DNA of 55,149 nucleotides from Candidatus Saccharimonadales bacterium (GCA_035479795.1 DATIII010000003.1:1-55149), one strand, 5' to 3'. Shown: positions 1 through 9,380, counted from the first letter of the stretch. The notes: generated by a model from the letters alone, not told the origin. Numbers and translations are program-made.

Positions 1-19
1 CCGTAAGGTCGCCCTTTCG

Positions 20-1840
20 CTACTTAACCGTCGCTTTGATTCGGCGGACGCCGGCACTGGACGATTCTTCTTTTTGAATCCGGAATTTACCGATCGTCCC
101 CGTATGCTCTACGTGCGGGCCGCCGCAGATTTCTATACTAAAGGCTTTTTCGCCAGGTTTCCCAATCGTGTAAACCTTCACCGTCTCACCGTATTTGTCG
201 CCAAAGGCCCCCTTGGCCCCATGCTCAAAGGCCTCGTCCGTCGGCATTTCCTCCCAACTTACAGGCAAATCAGCCTCAATTTGTTCGTTTACGATCTTTT
301 CGATTTCGTGCTTTTCTTCATCAGTCAGCTTGCGGTCAAAGCTAAAGTCGAAACGTAGACGATCGGAGTTCACGTTTGATCCGCGCTGTATGACGCCGTC
401 GCCCAGAACCCGTCGCAGCGCCTCGTACATCAAGTGCGTAGCCGTATGATGACGAATCGTATCCGGCTCATGGTCGGCCAGGCCGCCTTTAAACTCCCCA
501 GCCGTGGCGGTGCGGCTGCGCTCCTTTTGCTCATCCATTAACTTCTGGAAGTCTTTCTCCCAGTTTGAATCAACGGCGATATTTAATCGTTTAGCATCTT
601 CCACTGACAGCTCTGGTGGAAAGCCATAGGTGTCAAACAGGGTGAAGACGGTTTGGCCTGTTAGCTTATCTTTAACGATTTTGGTAAATTCACGAACGCC
701 CCGGTCCAGCGTCTGCCGGAATTGGCTCTCTTCTCTGTCCAAGACATCCAGAATCTGTTTGCGATTATGCTCAAGTTCAGGATAAGCCTGCTGGTACAGA
801 TCAATAATGACCGGAGCGATATTCTCACTCAGATCTTGGCGGATACCCAGCACCAAGCCCTGGCGGACGGCCCGGCGGATCAACCGCCGCATCACATAGC
901 CGCGTTCGGTATTACTGGGGACTACCCCGTCGCCAGCCATGAACACGGCGCTGCGCAGATGGTCGGTAATGATACGCCCAGCCCGTCCTATCTCGTGATC
1001 TGTTTCATGATAGACGGGCTCAAAGCTTTTGTTCGCGTATTCGAAAACTGAATGCAAAATCTTGGAAATCACGTCCGTTTTATAAGCAGTATCAAACCCT
1101 TGAATCACAGTGGCGATCCGCTCTAGCCCCATACCCGTATCGACGTTCTTAGCCGGAAGATCGTTATAGCTGCCATCGGCTGTTCGCTGATAGGTCATAA
1201 ACACGTTATTCCAAATTTCCGGAAAGTCATCACTATCCACATCAAACTTCGGATTCTCTTTGTCGCCAACGTAATAAAAGACTTCTGTGTCTGGTCCTGC
1301 TGGACTGGTTTCGGCTCCACCAATCTCCCACCAGTTGTCGTCTTTGCCCAAGCAAAGAATTCTTTGGCCCTCTTGAGCATCGATCCCAACCTTACCGAAC
1401 TCGCCTTGCCATAGCTCGATCGATTCAGTGTCTTTCGTAACCTGATGATCGCCCTCGTAAACAGTGATATAGAGTCGTTTGGGATCTAGATTCAGCCATT
1501 TTTTATCGGTCAAGAACTCAAACGACCAAGCAATCGAATCCTTTTTAAAATAGTCGCCCAGGCTCCAGTTGCCGAGCATTTCGATCATCGTAAAATGCCA
1601 CGGATCACCAACTTCTTCGATATCGGTAGTGCGGATGCACTTCTGGGCATCGGCCAAGCGTTTACCTTCTGGATGTGGAGCCCCAAGCAGATAGGGGACC
1701 AATGGCTGCATACCAGCGGTGGTAAACAGTACCGTTGGGTCGTCCTTCAGGAAAACCGGCGCGCTGGGAATGATGGAGTGGCCTTTGGATTTCATGAAAT
1801 CCAAGAATTTTGATCTGATTTGATCGGTAGTCATGAGCAT
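20..1840 (-). CDS. alaS: Alanyl-tRNA synthetase, C-terminally truncated (no C-Ala domain)
   Basis: N-terminal FTTAGMQP, QKCIRTTDIEEVGD and DTGMGLER motifs; editing-domain HTATHL and ICGGPHV; ends right after GVRRIKA at 606 aa. Confidence 0.97.
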   Translation of the reverse strand: MLMTTDQIRSKFLDFMKSKGHSIIPSAPVFLKDDPTVLFTTAGMQPLVPYLLGAPHPEGKRLADAQKCIRTTDIEEVGDPWHFTMIEMLGNWSLGDYFKKDSIAWSFEFLTDKKWLNLDPKRLYITVYEGDHQVTKDTESIELWQGEFGKVGIDAQEGQRILCLGKDDNWWEIGGAETSPAGPDTEVFYYVGDKENPKFDVDSDDFPEIWNNVFMTYQRTADGSYNDLPAKNVDTGMGLERIATVIQGFDTAYKTDVISKILHSVFEYANKSFEPVYHETDHEIGRAGRIITDHLRSAVFMAGDGVVPSNTERGYVMRRLIRRAVRQGLVLGIRQDLSENIAPVIIDLYQQAYPELEHNRKQILDVLDREESQFRQTLDRGVREFTKIVKDKLTGQTVFTLFDTYGFPPELSVEDAKRLNIAVDSNWEKDFQKLMDEQKERSRTATAGEFKGGLADHEPDTIRHHTATHLMYEALRRVLGDGVIQRGSNVNSDRLRFDFSFDRKLTDEEKHEIEKIVNEQIEADLPVSWEEMPTDEAFEHGAKGAFGDKYGETVKVYTIGKPGEKAFSIEICGGPHVEHTGTIGKFRIQKEESSSAGVRRIKATVK

Positions 1841-1872
1841 TATTCTAGCGCAAGCTGTGATAAGGTGGAAAT

Positions 1873-2169
1873 ATGCTAGATCTTAGCCTTTCTCATGCTC
1901 TCTCCACCTTCCAGCCCGTGGTGGCCATCGGCTTGTTTTTCGCCTACATAGTTATGGACGCCTTGTTTGCGCTGTACACCCTGGCCGTTAGCCAAAAACG
2001 GCCGCTGAAAGCCGCCAATATTTCATTTATCTACTGGTTCGTGGCCTCACTCGGAATTATTGGGTTTGTTTCTAACTACCTCTACGTAGGGTCGATCGCT
2101 CTTGGCTCTTGGGTTGGTACCTACCTAGTGGTTAAGCAGGCAAAGAAGCCGGCACCGCGCCGGAAGTAA
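1873..2169 (+). CDS. Small hypothetical membrane protein (about 3 TM)
   Basis: 98-aa ORF with three hydrophobic segments and a basic tail; divergent from alaS; overlaps the mnmA 3' end by 38 nt. Confidence 0.6.
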   Translation: MLDLSLSHALSTFQPVVAIGLFFAYIVMDALFALYTLAVSQKRPLKAANISFIYWFVASLGIIGFVSNYLYVGSIALGSWVGTYLVVKQAKKPAPRRK

Positions 2170-3196
2170 TAAAGCCGCAACCTAAAACCGTTTGCCCATC
2201 ATAAATGACGGCCGACTGCCCGGCAGCTATGGCATGGGCCAGCTTAGCAAGGCGTAGAGTTGCTCGATCAAGGTCGCACTCGACCAGCTCGCCGCGATGG
2301 CGTAATCGGACTGCGAGCTGCGGTTTTCGGTTTTCGGTTTTCGGTTTTGAGTTGATCCAATGAATGTCTGTCAGATCAATCTTGTCAGCCTGCAATTCCA
2401 AGTCATCTGGATCATCGGTCACAAACACGGTGTTAGAAGCCATGTTTTTGCCTGTGACATAGAACGGCTTACCGCCACCCACACCCAGTCCCTGGCGCTG
2501 ACCGATTGTGTAAAAGATAGCTCCATCATGCTCGCCAATTTGTTGTCCAGCTTTATTAACAATTGGACCCGCTTCAGATTCGACATACTGTTGCAAAAAA
2601 GACTTCATCCCGACTGGGCCCACGAAGCAAATCCCTTGTGAATCTTTTTTGGCTGCCGTCGGCAGATCGAATTTGGCGGCCAGATCGCGGACTTCGGGCT
2701 TTAGATAGTCACCAATCGGAAATAAGGTTTTGTGGAGAGCCGATTCTGAAACGCGAGCTAAAAAGTAGGTTTGATCTTTGTTAGAGTCCTTAGCCATTCG
2801 CAACTGCCCGTTCTCGATCCGCGCATAATGACCCGTAGCAATAATGTCGGCCCCGTCGGCCAGAGCTGTTTGTAAAAATATTTTAAACTTTATTTCCTGG
2901 TTGCACATGATATCTGGGTTAGGCGTGCGGCCAGCCCGATACTCAGCAACCATGTAATCCACCACCTTTTGGCGATATTCGTCCTGAAAATCATAGACTT
3001 TAAACGGGATGTCGAGGCGCGCGGCCACCGCCCGAGCATCAGCCAGATCTTGCTTCCAGGGGCACTTCACACCAGGCAGATCCTGCGTCCAGTTTTTCAT
3101 GTAGACGCCAGTCACATCATAGCCTTGTTGTTTGAGGAGGGCGGCTGCGACCGAGCTATCTACCCCGCCGCTTAAACCGACAAAAACACTTTTCAT
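2132..3196 (-). CDS. mnmA: tRNA-specific 2-thiouridylase MnmA
   Basis: SGGVDSS PP-loop, TPNPDIMCN, ATGHYA, KDQTYFL, DSQGICF; start placed at MKSVFVG (3196) rather than the ORF-track start. Confidence 0.97.
   Translation of the reverse strand: MKSVFVGLSGGVDSSVAAALLKQQGYDVTGVYMKNWTQDLPGVKCPWKQDLADARAVAARLDIPFKVYDFQDEYRQKVVDYMVAEYRAGRTPNPDIMCNQEIKFKIFLQTALADGADIIATGHYARIENGQLRMAKDSNKDQTYFLARVSESALHKTLFPIGDYLKPEVRDLAAKFDLPTAAKKDSQGICFVGPVGMKSFLQQYVESEAGPIVNKAGQQIGEHDGAIFYTIGQRQGLGVGGGKPFYVTGKNMASNTVFVTDDPDDLELQADKIDLTDIHWINSKPKTENRKPQLAVRLRHRGELVECDLDRATLRLAKLAHAIAAGQSAVIYDGQTVLGCGFITSGAVPASLPA
2321..2348. repeat. Perfect heptamer tandem repeat (CGGTTTT)x4 inside mnmA
   Basis: Read directly; encodes part of SKPKTENRKPQ. 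Confidence 0.9.
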
Positions 3197-3211
3197 ATCT
3201 TTAAAATCTTT

Positions 3212-3300
3212 CTCTCTTCGCGTACTTCGGCGTCTGGGCTTTCGATCCTCTTTCGCCGTAGCGTCTCTACGCCTCACTGCGGTTCTCGCTCATCCTTGAA
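3212..3300 (-). repeat. Dispersed ~85-nt structured intergenic element, copy A
   Basis: Minus strand reads TTCAAGGA..CGAGAACCG..AGGCGTAG-agacg-CTACGGCG..GGATCG..GACG..GAAG; alignable with 12553-12635 and 53554-53636. Confidence 0.8.
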
Positions 3301-3351
3301 CTTCATCAAAGGGAGCAAGATTTAATGATCCCATATTTTAGCCGTTTTTTA

Positions 3352-4311
3352 TTAGTTGGTGAAGTCTTGAGTAACCATCAGGCCGTAGCGGCCAGCGTCG
3401 ATCACTCCGATGCCGACGGCCTTAAATTTGGTATCCAGAATGTTGGCTTTGTGCCCTGGCGAGTTCATCAGAGCCTTGTGGGCCGTTTCCACATCCGGCG
3501 CTAAGGCCAAATTTTCACCGGCCGCCAAAAAGCTAACATCACCCCGACGCATGCGCTCGAACGGATCAATACCTTCGGGCGTATCGTGCGAAAAATAACC
3601 ACGAGCCAACATATCCTGACTGTGTGCCCGGGCCACCTCGCGCGCCTTGTCATTGACCTTGAGTGGCTTTAAGCCCCGGCTGGTCCGTTCCTTGTTGATT
3701 AAATCTAAAACCTGGCCTTCCTCCTTGGCATTCGAACGTCCATTTTGATAACTAAAGCCTAGCGGGACCGACTGATGACTCTCTGGGTCAACCGTTAGTA
3801 GCCGAAAAGTGTCTTGAAAATCTTCGGCCGGAGAAGCGCTTACCAAATCATGTAATATTCGTCCGGCTGGCTGCAGTAACTTGGCCGTGTAAGAGGCCTT
3901 AACCGCCTGGGCATCATTGACTGGAAGTAAGCCAAGCATCAAATAAATCGAGAGGCCAATTACTGCGAACGTCTGCGCCACCCCGACAATCGCGCCGCCC
4001 CACAAATTACCCGGGGTGTTGGCAAAACCTTTCGGTACTCGGCGGCTAATCACGCGGGCAACCAGCAACAATCCGAACTGCACCAATACCAGGAGCAGAC
4101 CATAGGCCAAAATTCGGCCCACCGAAGCCGGTAGATGAGATAAGGCAGCCAGCCAGTTGCCAGTCAGCTTATACCCCGCCGAAGCCGCAATTAGACTAAG
4201 CAGAAAGGCAACGGCGCTTAAAGCCGTTGCAATCAGCCCCCTCCGGTAGAAGCGGACAGCCGCCAGCACAAGTAGCACCAGGGCCGTCAGGTCGATCAAA
4301 ATGCTTTCCAT
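3352..4311 (-). CDS. CvpA-family membrane domain fused to a CAP/SCP domain
   Basis: N-terminal multi-TM region with GGAIVG; C-terminal LINKERTSRGL..L, ARAHSQDMLARGYFSH, AGENLA, MNSPGHKANIL. Confidence 0.85.
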   Translation of the reverse strand: MESILIDLTALVLLVLAAVRFYRRGLIATALSAVAFLLSLIAASAGYKLTGNWLAALSHLPASVGRILAYGLLLVLVQFGLLLVARVISRRVPKGFANTPGNLWGGAIVGVAQTFAVIGLSIYLMLGLLPVNDAQAVKASYTAKLLQPAGRILHDLVSASPAEDFQDTFRLLTVDPESHQSVPLGFSYQNGRSNAKEEGQVLDLINKERTSRGLKPLKVNDKAREVARAHSQDMLARGYFSHDTPEGIDPFERMRRGDVSFLAAGENLALAPDVETAHKALMNSPGHKANILDTKFKAVGIGVIDAGRYGLMVTQDFTN

Positions 4312-4913
4312 CAGGGATTAGTTCCATTCTTGGTCGTCAGCACGTAGATTGTTTTCTGCAACTCGCTAATTGTTAGATTGTAGCTATAGGGCGTCTCCCA
4401 CCAGGCTGACTTGCGCCAACGGTGGTCTGGCGCGGAATGGTTAATTATCTTCACCGGTTTGCCTAGAGCTCGGTGAAATTCCAGGCTAGCTCGCCTTTGA
4501 TGGTAGGGCGAGGTTACTAAAATTATTTTCTGAGCGCCCGCCGATCGCAGCACATTTGCTGAAGCTTCGGCGTTTTGGGCAGTGTTCTGAGCTGACTCTT
4601 CAATCAGCACATCACTACTTGGCACGCCCTGGCGTTCGGCTGATTTTTGCATGGCGGCGGCGTTTGACGGACCGGTTGGATCCTGGGCAGCGCCGGAAAA
4701 AAGCAGTTTCGGGGCGTAGCCGGCTTTATAGAGCTCCACGGCCTCGGCCGTCCGCGAAGTAGTTTCGCCGCCGCTGATGGCCACAATCACATCGGCATGC
4801 TCTAACTTGTCCTGCGGCGAAAGATAAAAGCCAATCGACAAAAAACCGACTGCCAGTAGCAACAGAACAGTCAGCACCGCAACCAATAACCACTTCACGA
4901 TATGCATAAGCAT
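4311..4913 (-). CDS. YdcF/DUF218 (ElyC/SanA-like) membrane-anchored protein
   Basis: N-terminal TM; ADVIVAISGG, LLFSG, IEESAQNTAQNA, LVTSPYHQRRA. Confidence 0.88.
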   Translation of the reverse strand: MLMHIVKWLLVAVLTVLLLLAVGFLSIGFYLSPQDKLEHADVIVAISGGETTSRTAEAVELYKAGYAPKLLFSGAAQDPTGPSNAAAMQKSAERQGVPSSDVLIEESAQNTAQNAEASANVLRSAGAQKIILVTSPYHQRRASLEFHRALGKPVKIINHSAPDHRWRKSAWWETPYSYNLTISELQKTIYVLTTKNGTNP

Positions 4914-4922
4914 TATTGTAGC

Positions 4923-6098
4923 CTACTTACCAGACAGCTGCCGCACCCGCCCCACCACCTTCACAAGAATGCTTGCCAGGGAGTCAACCTCAGCCTTAGT
5001 CGTCGGCTGGCCCAGTGTCAGGCGCAGGCTGGCCTCGGCTTCGGGTACGCTACGACCAATGGCTCGCAGCACATGTGATGGCTCCTCGCTAGAGGCACTG
5101 CAAGCCGAACCGGTGGCCACCGCAAAACCGGCCGCATCGAGATGGCTAACTAACTCTTCTCCGGAGGCCCCCGGAAAAGTCACGTTCAAGTTGCCGGGAA
5201 GTCGAGAGTTGAGAGTGCCGTTGAGAACGGCCTCTTCAATTTTTTGGATTTTCTGCCACAAATGGTCGCGTAGAACCTGCTGCCTTTTGCTTTCACCCGT
5301 GCGCCTAGCTTGCTGCCGCTCCAGAGCCTCGGCCAGACCGACAGCTAAGGCCACTGATGGCGTACCACTCCGCAGGCCAAACTCCTGACCTCCCCCGGTG
5401 ATGACTGGCTCGAGCTTAACACCAGCCCGGACGTACAAAAATCCGCTGCCTGACGGCCCGTAAAGCTTACTGCCGCCCATACTCATTAAATCTACTCCGA
5501 GACGCGAAACCTGGAGGCTAAGCATACCCGCCTGAGCTGCATCGCAATAAAGAAAGAGGGGAGTGGTAATCCCCCGCTCTCGCCTATTTACCCTAATACC
5601 TGCAATTAATTGCGAAACTTTCGCAATTTGCTGAATTGAACCAATTTCGTTGTTGGCGTACTGGACACAGACTAGGCTAGTCAGGTCATCAATACTCGCC
5701 AACACCTGGTCTATTTTGACTATCCCATCCGAGGTCACTGGGATTTTCCCCACTTGCCGGCCGGCTCGCTCCAAGTGATCCAGAGTTGCCAGAACAGCCT
5801 CGTGCTCAATAGCGCTAGCTAGGATTCGGGTCTGTGGCCAAGCTGCTGCAAGTCCACTAATGGCGATATTGGCAGCTTCGGTAGTACCACAGGTAAAAAT
5901 TATTTCGGCCGGCTTAGCGCCCAGGATTTTAGCAACTCGTGCCCGCGCCTCGGCTAGCTTTTGACCAGCCAGCCGGCCAGGAGTATGGAGCGAAGATGGA
6001 TTGGCGAAGAAATCTTTCTGAGTTTGCTCCACAACTTTTGCCACCGCTGGGTCAATCGGCGTCGCCGCCGCATAATCAAAATAAATTGATTTTTTCAT
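4923..6098 (-). CDS. iscS: Cysteine desulfurase (IscS/NifS family)
   Basis: IYFDYAAATP, ANPSSLH, NNEIGSIQ, DAAQA, GGGQEFGLRSGT, catalytic GSACSA; clustered with mnmA. Confidence 0.92.
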   Translation of the reverse strand: MKKSIYFDYAAATPIDPAVAKVVEQTQKDFFANPSSLHTPGRLAGQKLAEARARVAKILGAKPAEIIFTCGTTEAANIAISGLAAAWPQTRILASAIEHEAVLATLDHLERAGRQVGKIPVTSDGIVKIDQVLASIDDLTSLVCVQYANNEIGSIQQIAKVSQLIAGIRVNRRERGITTPLFLYCDAAQAGMLSLQVSRLGVDLMSMGGSKLYGPSGSGFLYVRAGVKLEPVITGGGQEFGLRSGTPSVALAVGLAEALERQQARRTGESKRQQVLRDHLWQKIQKIEEAVLNGTLNSRLPGNLNVTFPGASGEELVSHLDAAGFAVATGSACSASSEEPSHVLRAIGRSVPEAEASLRLTLGQPTTKAEVDSLASILVKVVGRVRQLSGK

Positions 6099-6904
6099 AT
6101 TCCAAACAAGCCTTCCGCATTGGCCGTCGTGGCAGCAGCTAGCCTAGCTACGTCTTCACCCCGCAGCTCAGCCAAAAATTCGGCAATGTCTTTAACCGCC
6201 GCCGGCGTATTAAGCTTGCCACGGTTTGGAGTCGGTGCTAAAAACGGGCAATCTGTTTCCAGTAGCATATTTTCCAGAGGCAGATGTTTGGCCGCCTCAA
6301 TTTGTTGCTGGTCTTTAGTAAAGGTCACTATGCCGTTTAGAGCTACATCTAAATCGCGTTCAACCACCATTTCCATCTGGGACCGGGTGCCCGTAAAGCT
6401 GTGAATCACACCACGAATGCCGTCATAGTCTCCTGTAATTCGAAAAAAATCGTCAAGGGCGTCACGCACATGAAAGATTAGTGGGAGCCTGCGCTCAAGT
6501 GCCAACTCGATCTGCCAGCGCAACGCCAGCTCTTGATCCTCACGGGAAGTTTGCGACTTAAAATAATCCAACCCACACTCGCCAATAGCCACCACTTTAC
6601 GCTCCCCCGCCAAGTCGCTGATGTAGCCCCGAGCCTGCTCCGCCTCGCCCGCATCATGAGGATGAATGCCGACGCTAGCCCAGACATTTTCTCTACGGGA
6701 CGCCATTTCTACGGCTGCCCGACTGTCGGCTGAATTTACCCCGACGGTAATAATTTTATCCACCCCGGCCTCGGCCGCCTTATGAATAACCTCATCCACC
6801 TTGCCAGCAAAGTTACTGAAGTGGATATGGGCATGAGTGTCTACCAATTTGGCACTACGAACTGAGTCCAGCTCAAACTGGACGCGTCTCGTCTCTATTG
6901 ACAT
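6095..6904 (-). CDS. tatD: TatD family hydrolase
   Basis: DTHAH, GIHPH, IGECGLDY, FHVRDA, IHSFTG, LETDCPFLAP. Confidence 0.93.
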   Translation of the reverse strand: MSIETRRVQFELDSVRSAKLVDTHAHIHFSNFAGKVDEVIHKAAEAGVDKIITVGVNSADSRAAVEMASRRENVWASVGIHPHDAGEAEQARGYISDLAGERKVVAIGECGLDYFKSQTSREDQELALRWQIELALERRLPLIFHVRDALDDFFRITGDYDGIRGVIHSFTGTRSQMEMVVERDLDVALNGIVTFTKDQQQIEAAKHLPLENMLLETDCPFLAPTPNRGKLNTPAAVKDIAEFLAELRGEDVARLAAATTANAEGLFGI

Positions 6905-7057
6905 GCTACGCAATCCTTAATGTCTATATTATACGCTACATCATCTAATAGCCGCGGTGGCAATAGCCTTAATCTCTCCTGTGTGTTGCTTGACACCGTC
7001 CTGCTGTGGTGCAAAGATAAGCATAAGTATTAAAGGTGGCGAGAGGCTCAAAAAATT

Positions 7058-9289
7058 ATGGAGAAGGAAACTCCTGAAACCCCCATCCAGAACCCCACCC
7101 CTGACAGCAACAATCAGAAAAATAAAATTAAATTTATTAAAAAACCAGCCGATTTTTCTATTAGGCATGCAGGTTTATTTGCTTTGTTTTTTGGCATCGC
7201 AGGATGTTACCTGCTTTACAGGGGCCTTGCGGCAACTCCTGCTACCTTGCCCTCAAATAACATGCAGGCGGCACAAGACTTTGTGCCCGATCAACTGCTC
7301 GTGCGCTTCCGCGCTGGCGCACCAAAAGACGTACAGGATAAGCTCTTGGCCCGCTATGGTCTGAAAGTAAAAAGCGAAATACCTCAGATTGAAACCAAAG
7401 TTGTCAGCGTCAATCCCAAAGCACTCGATGCCGTAATTAACGCGCTTTCGCACAACCCGGCAGTAGCATTCGCCGAAAAAGATCGAGTAGCTAGCCCCGA
7501 GACAGTTGTGCCCAACGACCCCGACTATACAGGAGGACTTACTCCGTACGACAATCAGTGGCCCTTTAAGATAACCGGCACGAACAATGCCTGGGATAAA
7601 ACGACGGGCGTTCCATCGACAGTGGTTGCCGTTCTGGACACGGGTATTGACCTCAAGCAGCCTGACCTTGGCACCATGGTCTCGCCATGGAGCGTACCAA
7701 GAAATAACACTGACGTGAGCTATGTACACCCCCATGGTATATACACATCAGGGGTCGTTAACGCTCACACGAATAATGCTGTAGGTGTCGCTAGCACCTG
7801 CTGGAACTGTTCGGTAGAGCCCATCCAAATTAGCACAGCCAGCAATGGTGATGCATCGTACAGCGCCATGGCCAGTGGCTTCATCTACGCTGCAGATCAC
7901 GGCGCCAAGATCATAAACATCAGTTATGGGGGAGCCGGGACATCAAACACGCTCTACAGCGCTGAAAATTATGCTTTTAATAAAGATGTGATGATATTTG
8001 CGGCAGCCGGTAACGGCGGTTGCAACTGCCCCGGCAGTCCGGCAGCAGATCCTGGAGTGATTGGCGTTGCAGCAGTGTCAAATGCCGATTATCAAGGTTA
8101 TTCCTCCTACGGCTCGTGGGTGCCCATTGGCGCGCCGACAGGCGTTGCGACCACCTGGGCCACGGGAAGCACCGTAGATGGCGGTCAACCATACGGACCG
8201 GTCGGCGGCACCTCTATCTCATCACCATTTGCCGCTGGCGTTGCCGGGCTGCTGAGATCCGCCCAACCGCAGGCAACTACTAGTCAAATAAAACAAACGA
8301 TCTTCAATACCGCCGACCAAATTGGCACTGATGCCAACGGACGATTCACGCAGTACGGGCGTATCAATGCCTACAAAGCCATGACGACATTAGTCGGTGA
8401 CTTTACGCTGTCTCCTCCAGACACAACTCCTCCAACCGCTAAGTTCACCGCGCCACTCGCCAACGCTACATTGACCGGGCAGCAGGTCATTACCGTTGAT
8501 GCTACAGATAACGCTGCTGTCTCCAGGGTTGATATCTACTGGGACGGCTACTATAACAGTATTGGTTTTATGACCTCTACCAACACTGCGCCTTACACGT
8601 TTTATTTCGACACCACGAAACTAACCAACGGGTCCCATAGGCTTTGTACCAAGGCTACAGACACGAGCTTGAACGGTGGCGGGGCGTGCGTAACGGTGAA
8701 CGTAAAGAACGACACCGTGCTCGATACGACACCGCCAACCGCCACTCTCACTGCTCCAGCCAACGGCGCTACCGTGTCAAATAGCGTTGCAGTAAACGCG
8801 ACTGCTAGCGACAATGTGGGTATCACCTCGACCGAACTCTACATCGATGGCTTATTGAGAAGTAGTGCTCAGGGTGCTACTCTCGCTTTCACCTGGGACT
8901 CAACCAAAGAAACCAATGGTGCACATAGTCTCCTCATAAAAGCCTACGATGCGGCGGGGAATACAGGCACTTCTACTACGTCGACGGTTACCGTCTCGAA
9001 TACTGTGCCGACAAGCGACACGGCTGCCCCAACGGTAACAATTACGCAGCCAGCCAACGGGTCAGCGGTGGCGGGAAGCGTCACGATTGCAGGAACAGCC
9101 GCAGACAATATTGGGGTCACCAAAATGCAAGTCTACGTAGATAGCTCGCTGCTCGGTAGCAGTACGACTAACTCAGTACAGCTCAAATGGAATACTCGTA
9201 AAGTCCGTGCCGGCAGTCATACCATTCTCATCAAGGCCTACGATGCGGCGGGAAACGCCGGTGTCGCCCAAATAAGCGTCGTCAAGTAG
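7058..9289 (+). CDS. Secreted/anchored S8 (subtilisin/thermitase-like) serine protease with three C-terminal Ig-like repeats
   Basis: N-terminal TM, prodomain, triad motifs VLDTG / HPHG / GTSISSP, AAAGN oxyanion motif; three DT..PT..(F/L/I)T.P.NG..V repeats. Confidence 0.9.
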   Translation: MEKETPETPIQNPTPDSNNQKNKIKFIKKPADFSIRHAGLFALFFGIAGCYLLYRGLAATPATLPSNNMQAAQDFVPDQLLVRFRAGAPKDVQDKLLARYGLKVKSEIPQIETKVVSVNPKALDAVINALSHNPAVAFAEKDRVASPETVVPNDPDYTGGLTPYDNQWPFKITGTNNAWDKTTGVPSTVVAVLDTGIDLKQPDLGTMVSPWSVPRNNTDVSYVHPHGIYTSGVVNAHTNNAVGVASTCWNCSVEPIQISTASNGDASYSAMASGFIYAADHGAKIINISYGGAGTSNTLYSAENYAFNKDVMIFAAAGNGGCNCPGSPAADPGVIGVAAVSNADYQGYSSYGSWVPIGAPTGVATTWATGSTVDGGQPYGPVGGTSISSPFAAGVAGLLRSAQPQATTSQIKQTIFNTADQIGTDANGRFTQYGRINAYKAMTTLVGDFTLSPPDTTPPTAKFTAPLANATLTGQQVITVDATDNAAVSRVDIYWDGYYNSIGFMTSTNTAPYTFYFDTTKLTNGSHRLCTKATDTSLNGGGACVTVNVKNDTVLDTTPPTATLTAPANGATVSNSVAVNATASDNVGITSTELYIDGLLRSSAQGATLAFTWDSTKETNGAHSLLIKAYDAAGNTGTSTTSTVTVSNTVPTSDTAAPTVTITQPANGSAVAGSVTIAGTAADNIGVTKMQVYVDSSLLGSSTTNSVQLKWNTRKVRAGSHTILIKAYDAAGNAGVAQISVVK

Positions 9290-9380
9290 AACTTACTGAT
9301 TACTGGATAGTCGTGCCGGCGGTGTCGCCTTTGACGGCTTTGAAGATGTTGCCGGCTTGCAATGAGACTACCTTGTCCGG

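Noticed and set aside
3197-3277. N-terminal extension of MnmA (MRRRDATAK...) in the ORF track
   Set aside because: It is a read-through of the structured intergenic element; homology starts at MKSVFVGLSGG
4904-4913. GCATAAGCAT as another copy of the promoter motif
   Set aside because: It coincides with the first codons (ATG CTT ATG C) of the YdcF gene, so coding sequence explains it
9290-9380. Possible integron attC site after the S8 protease
   Set aside because: A hairpin is present, but there are no convincing RYYYAAC/GTTRRRY boxes, no second cassette and no integrase; more likely a terminator
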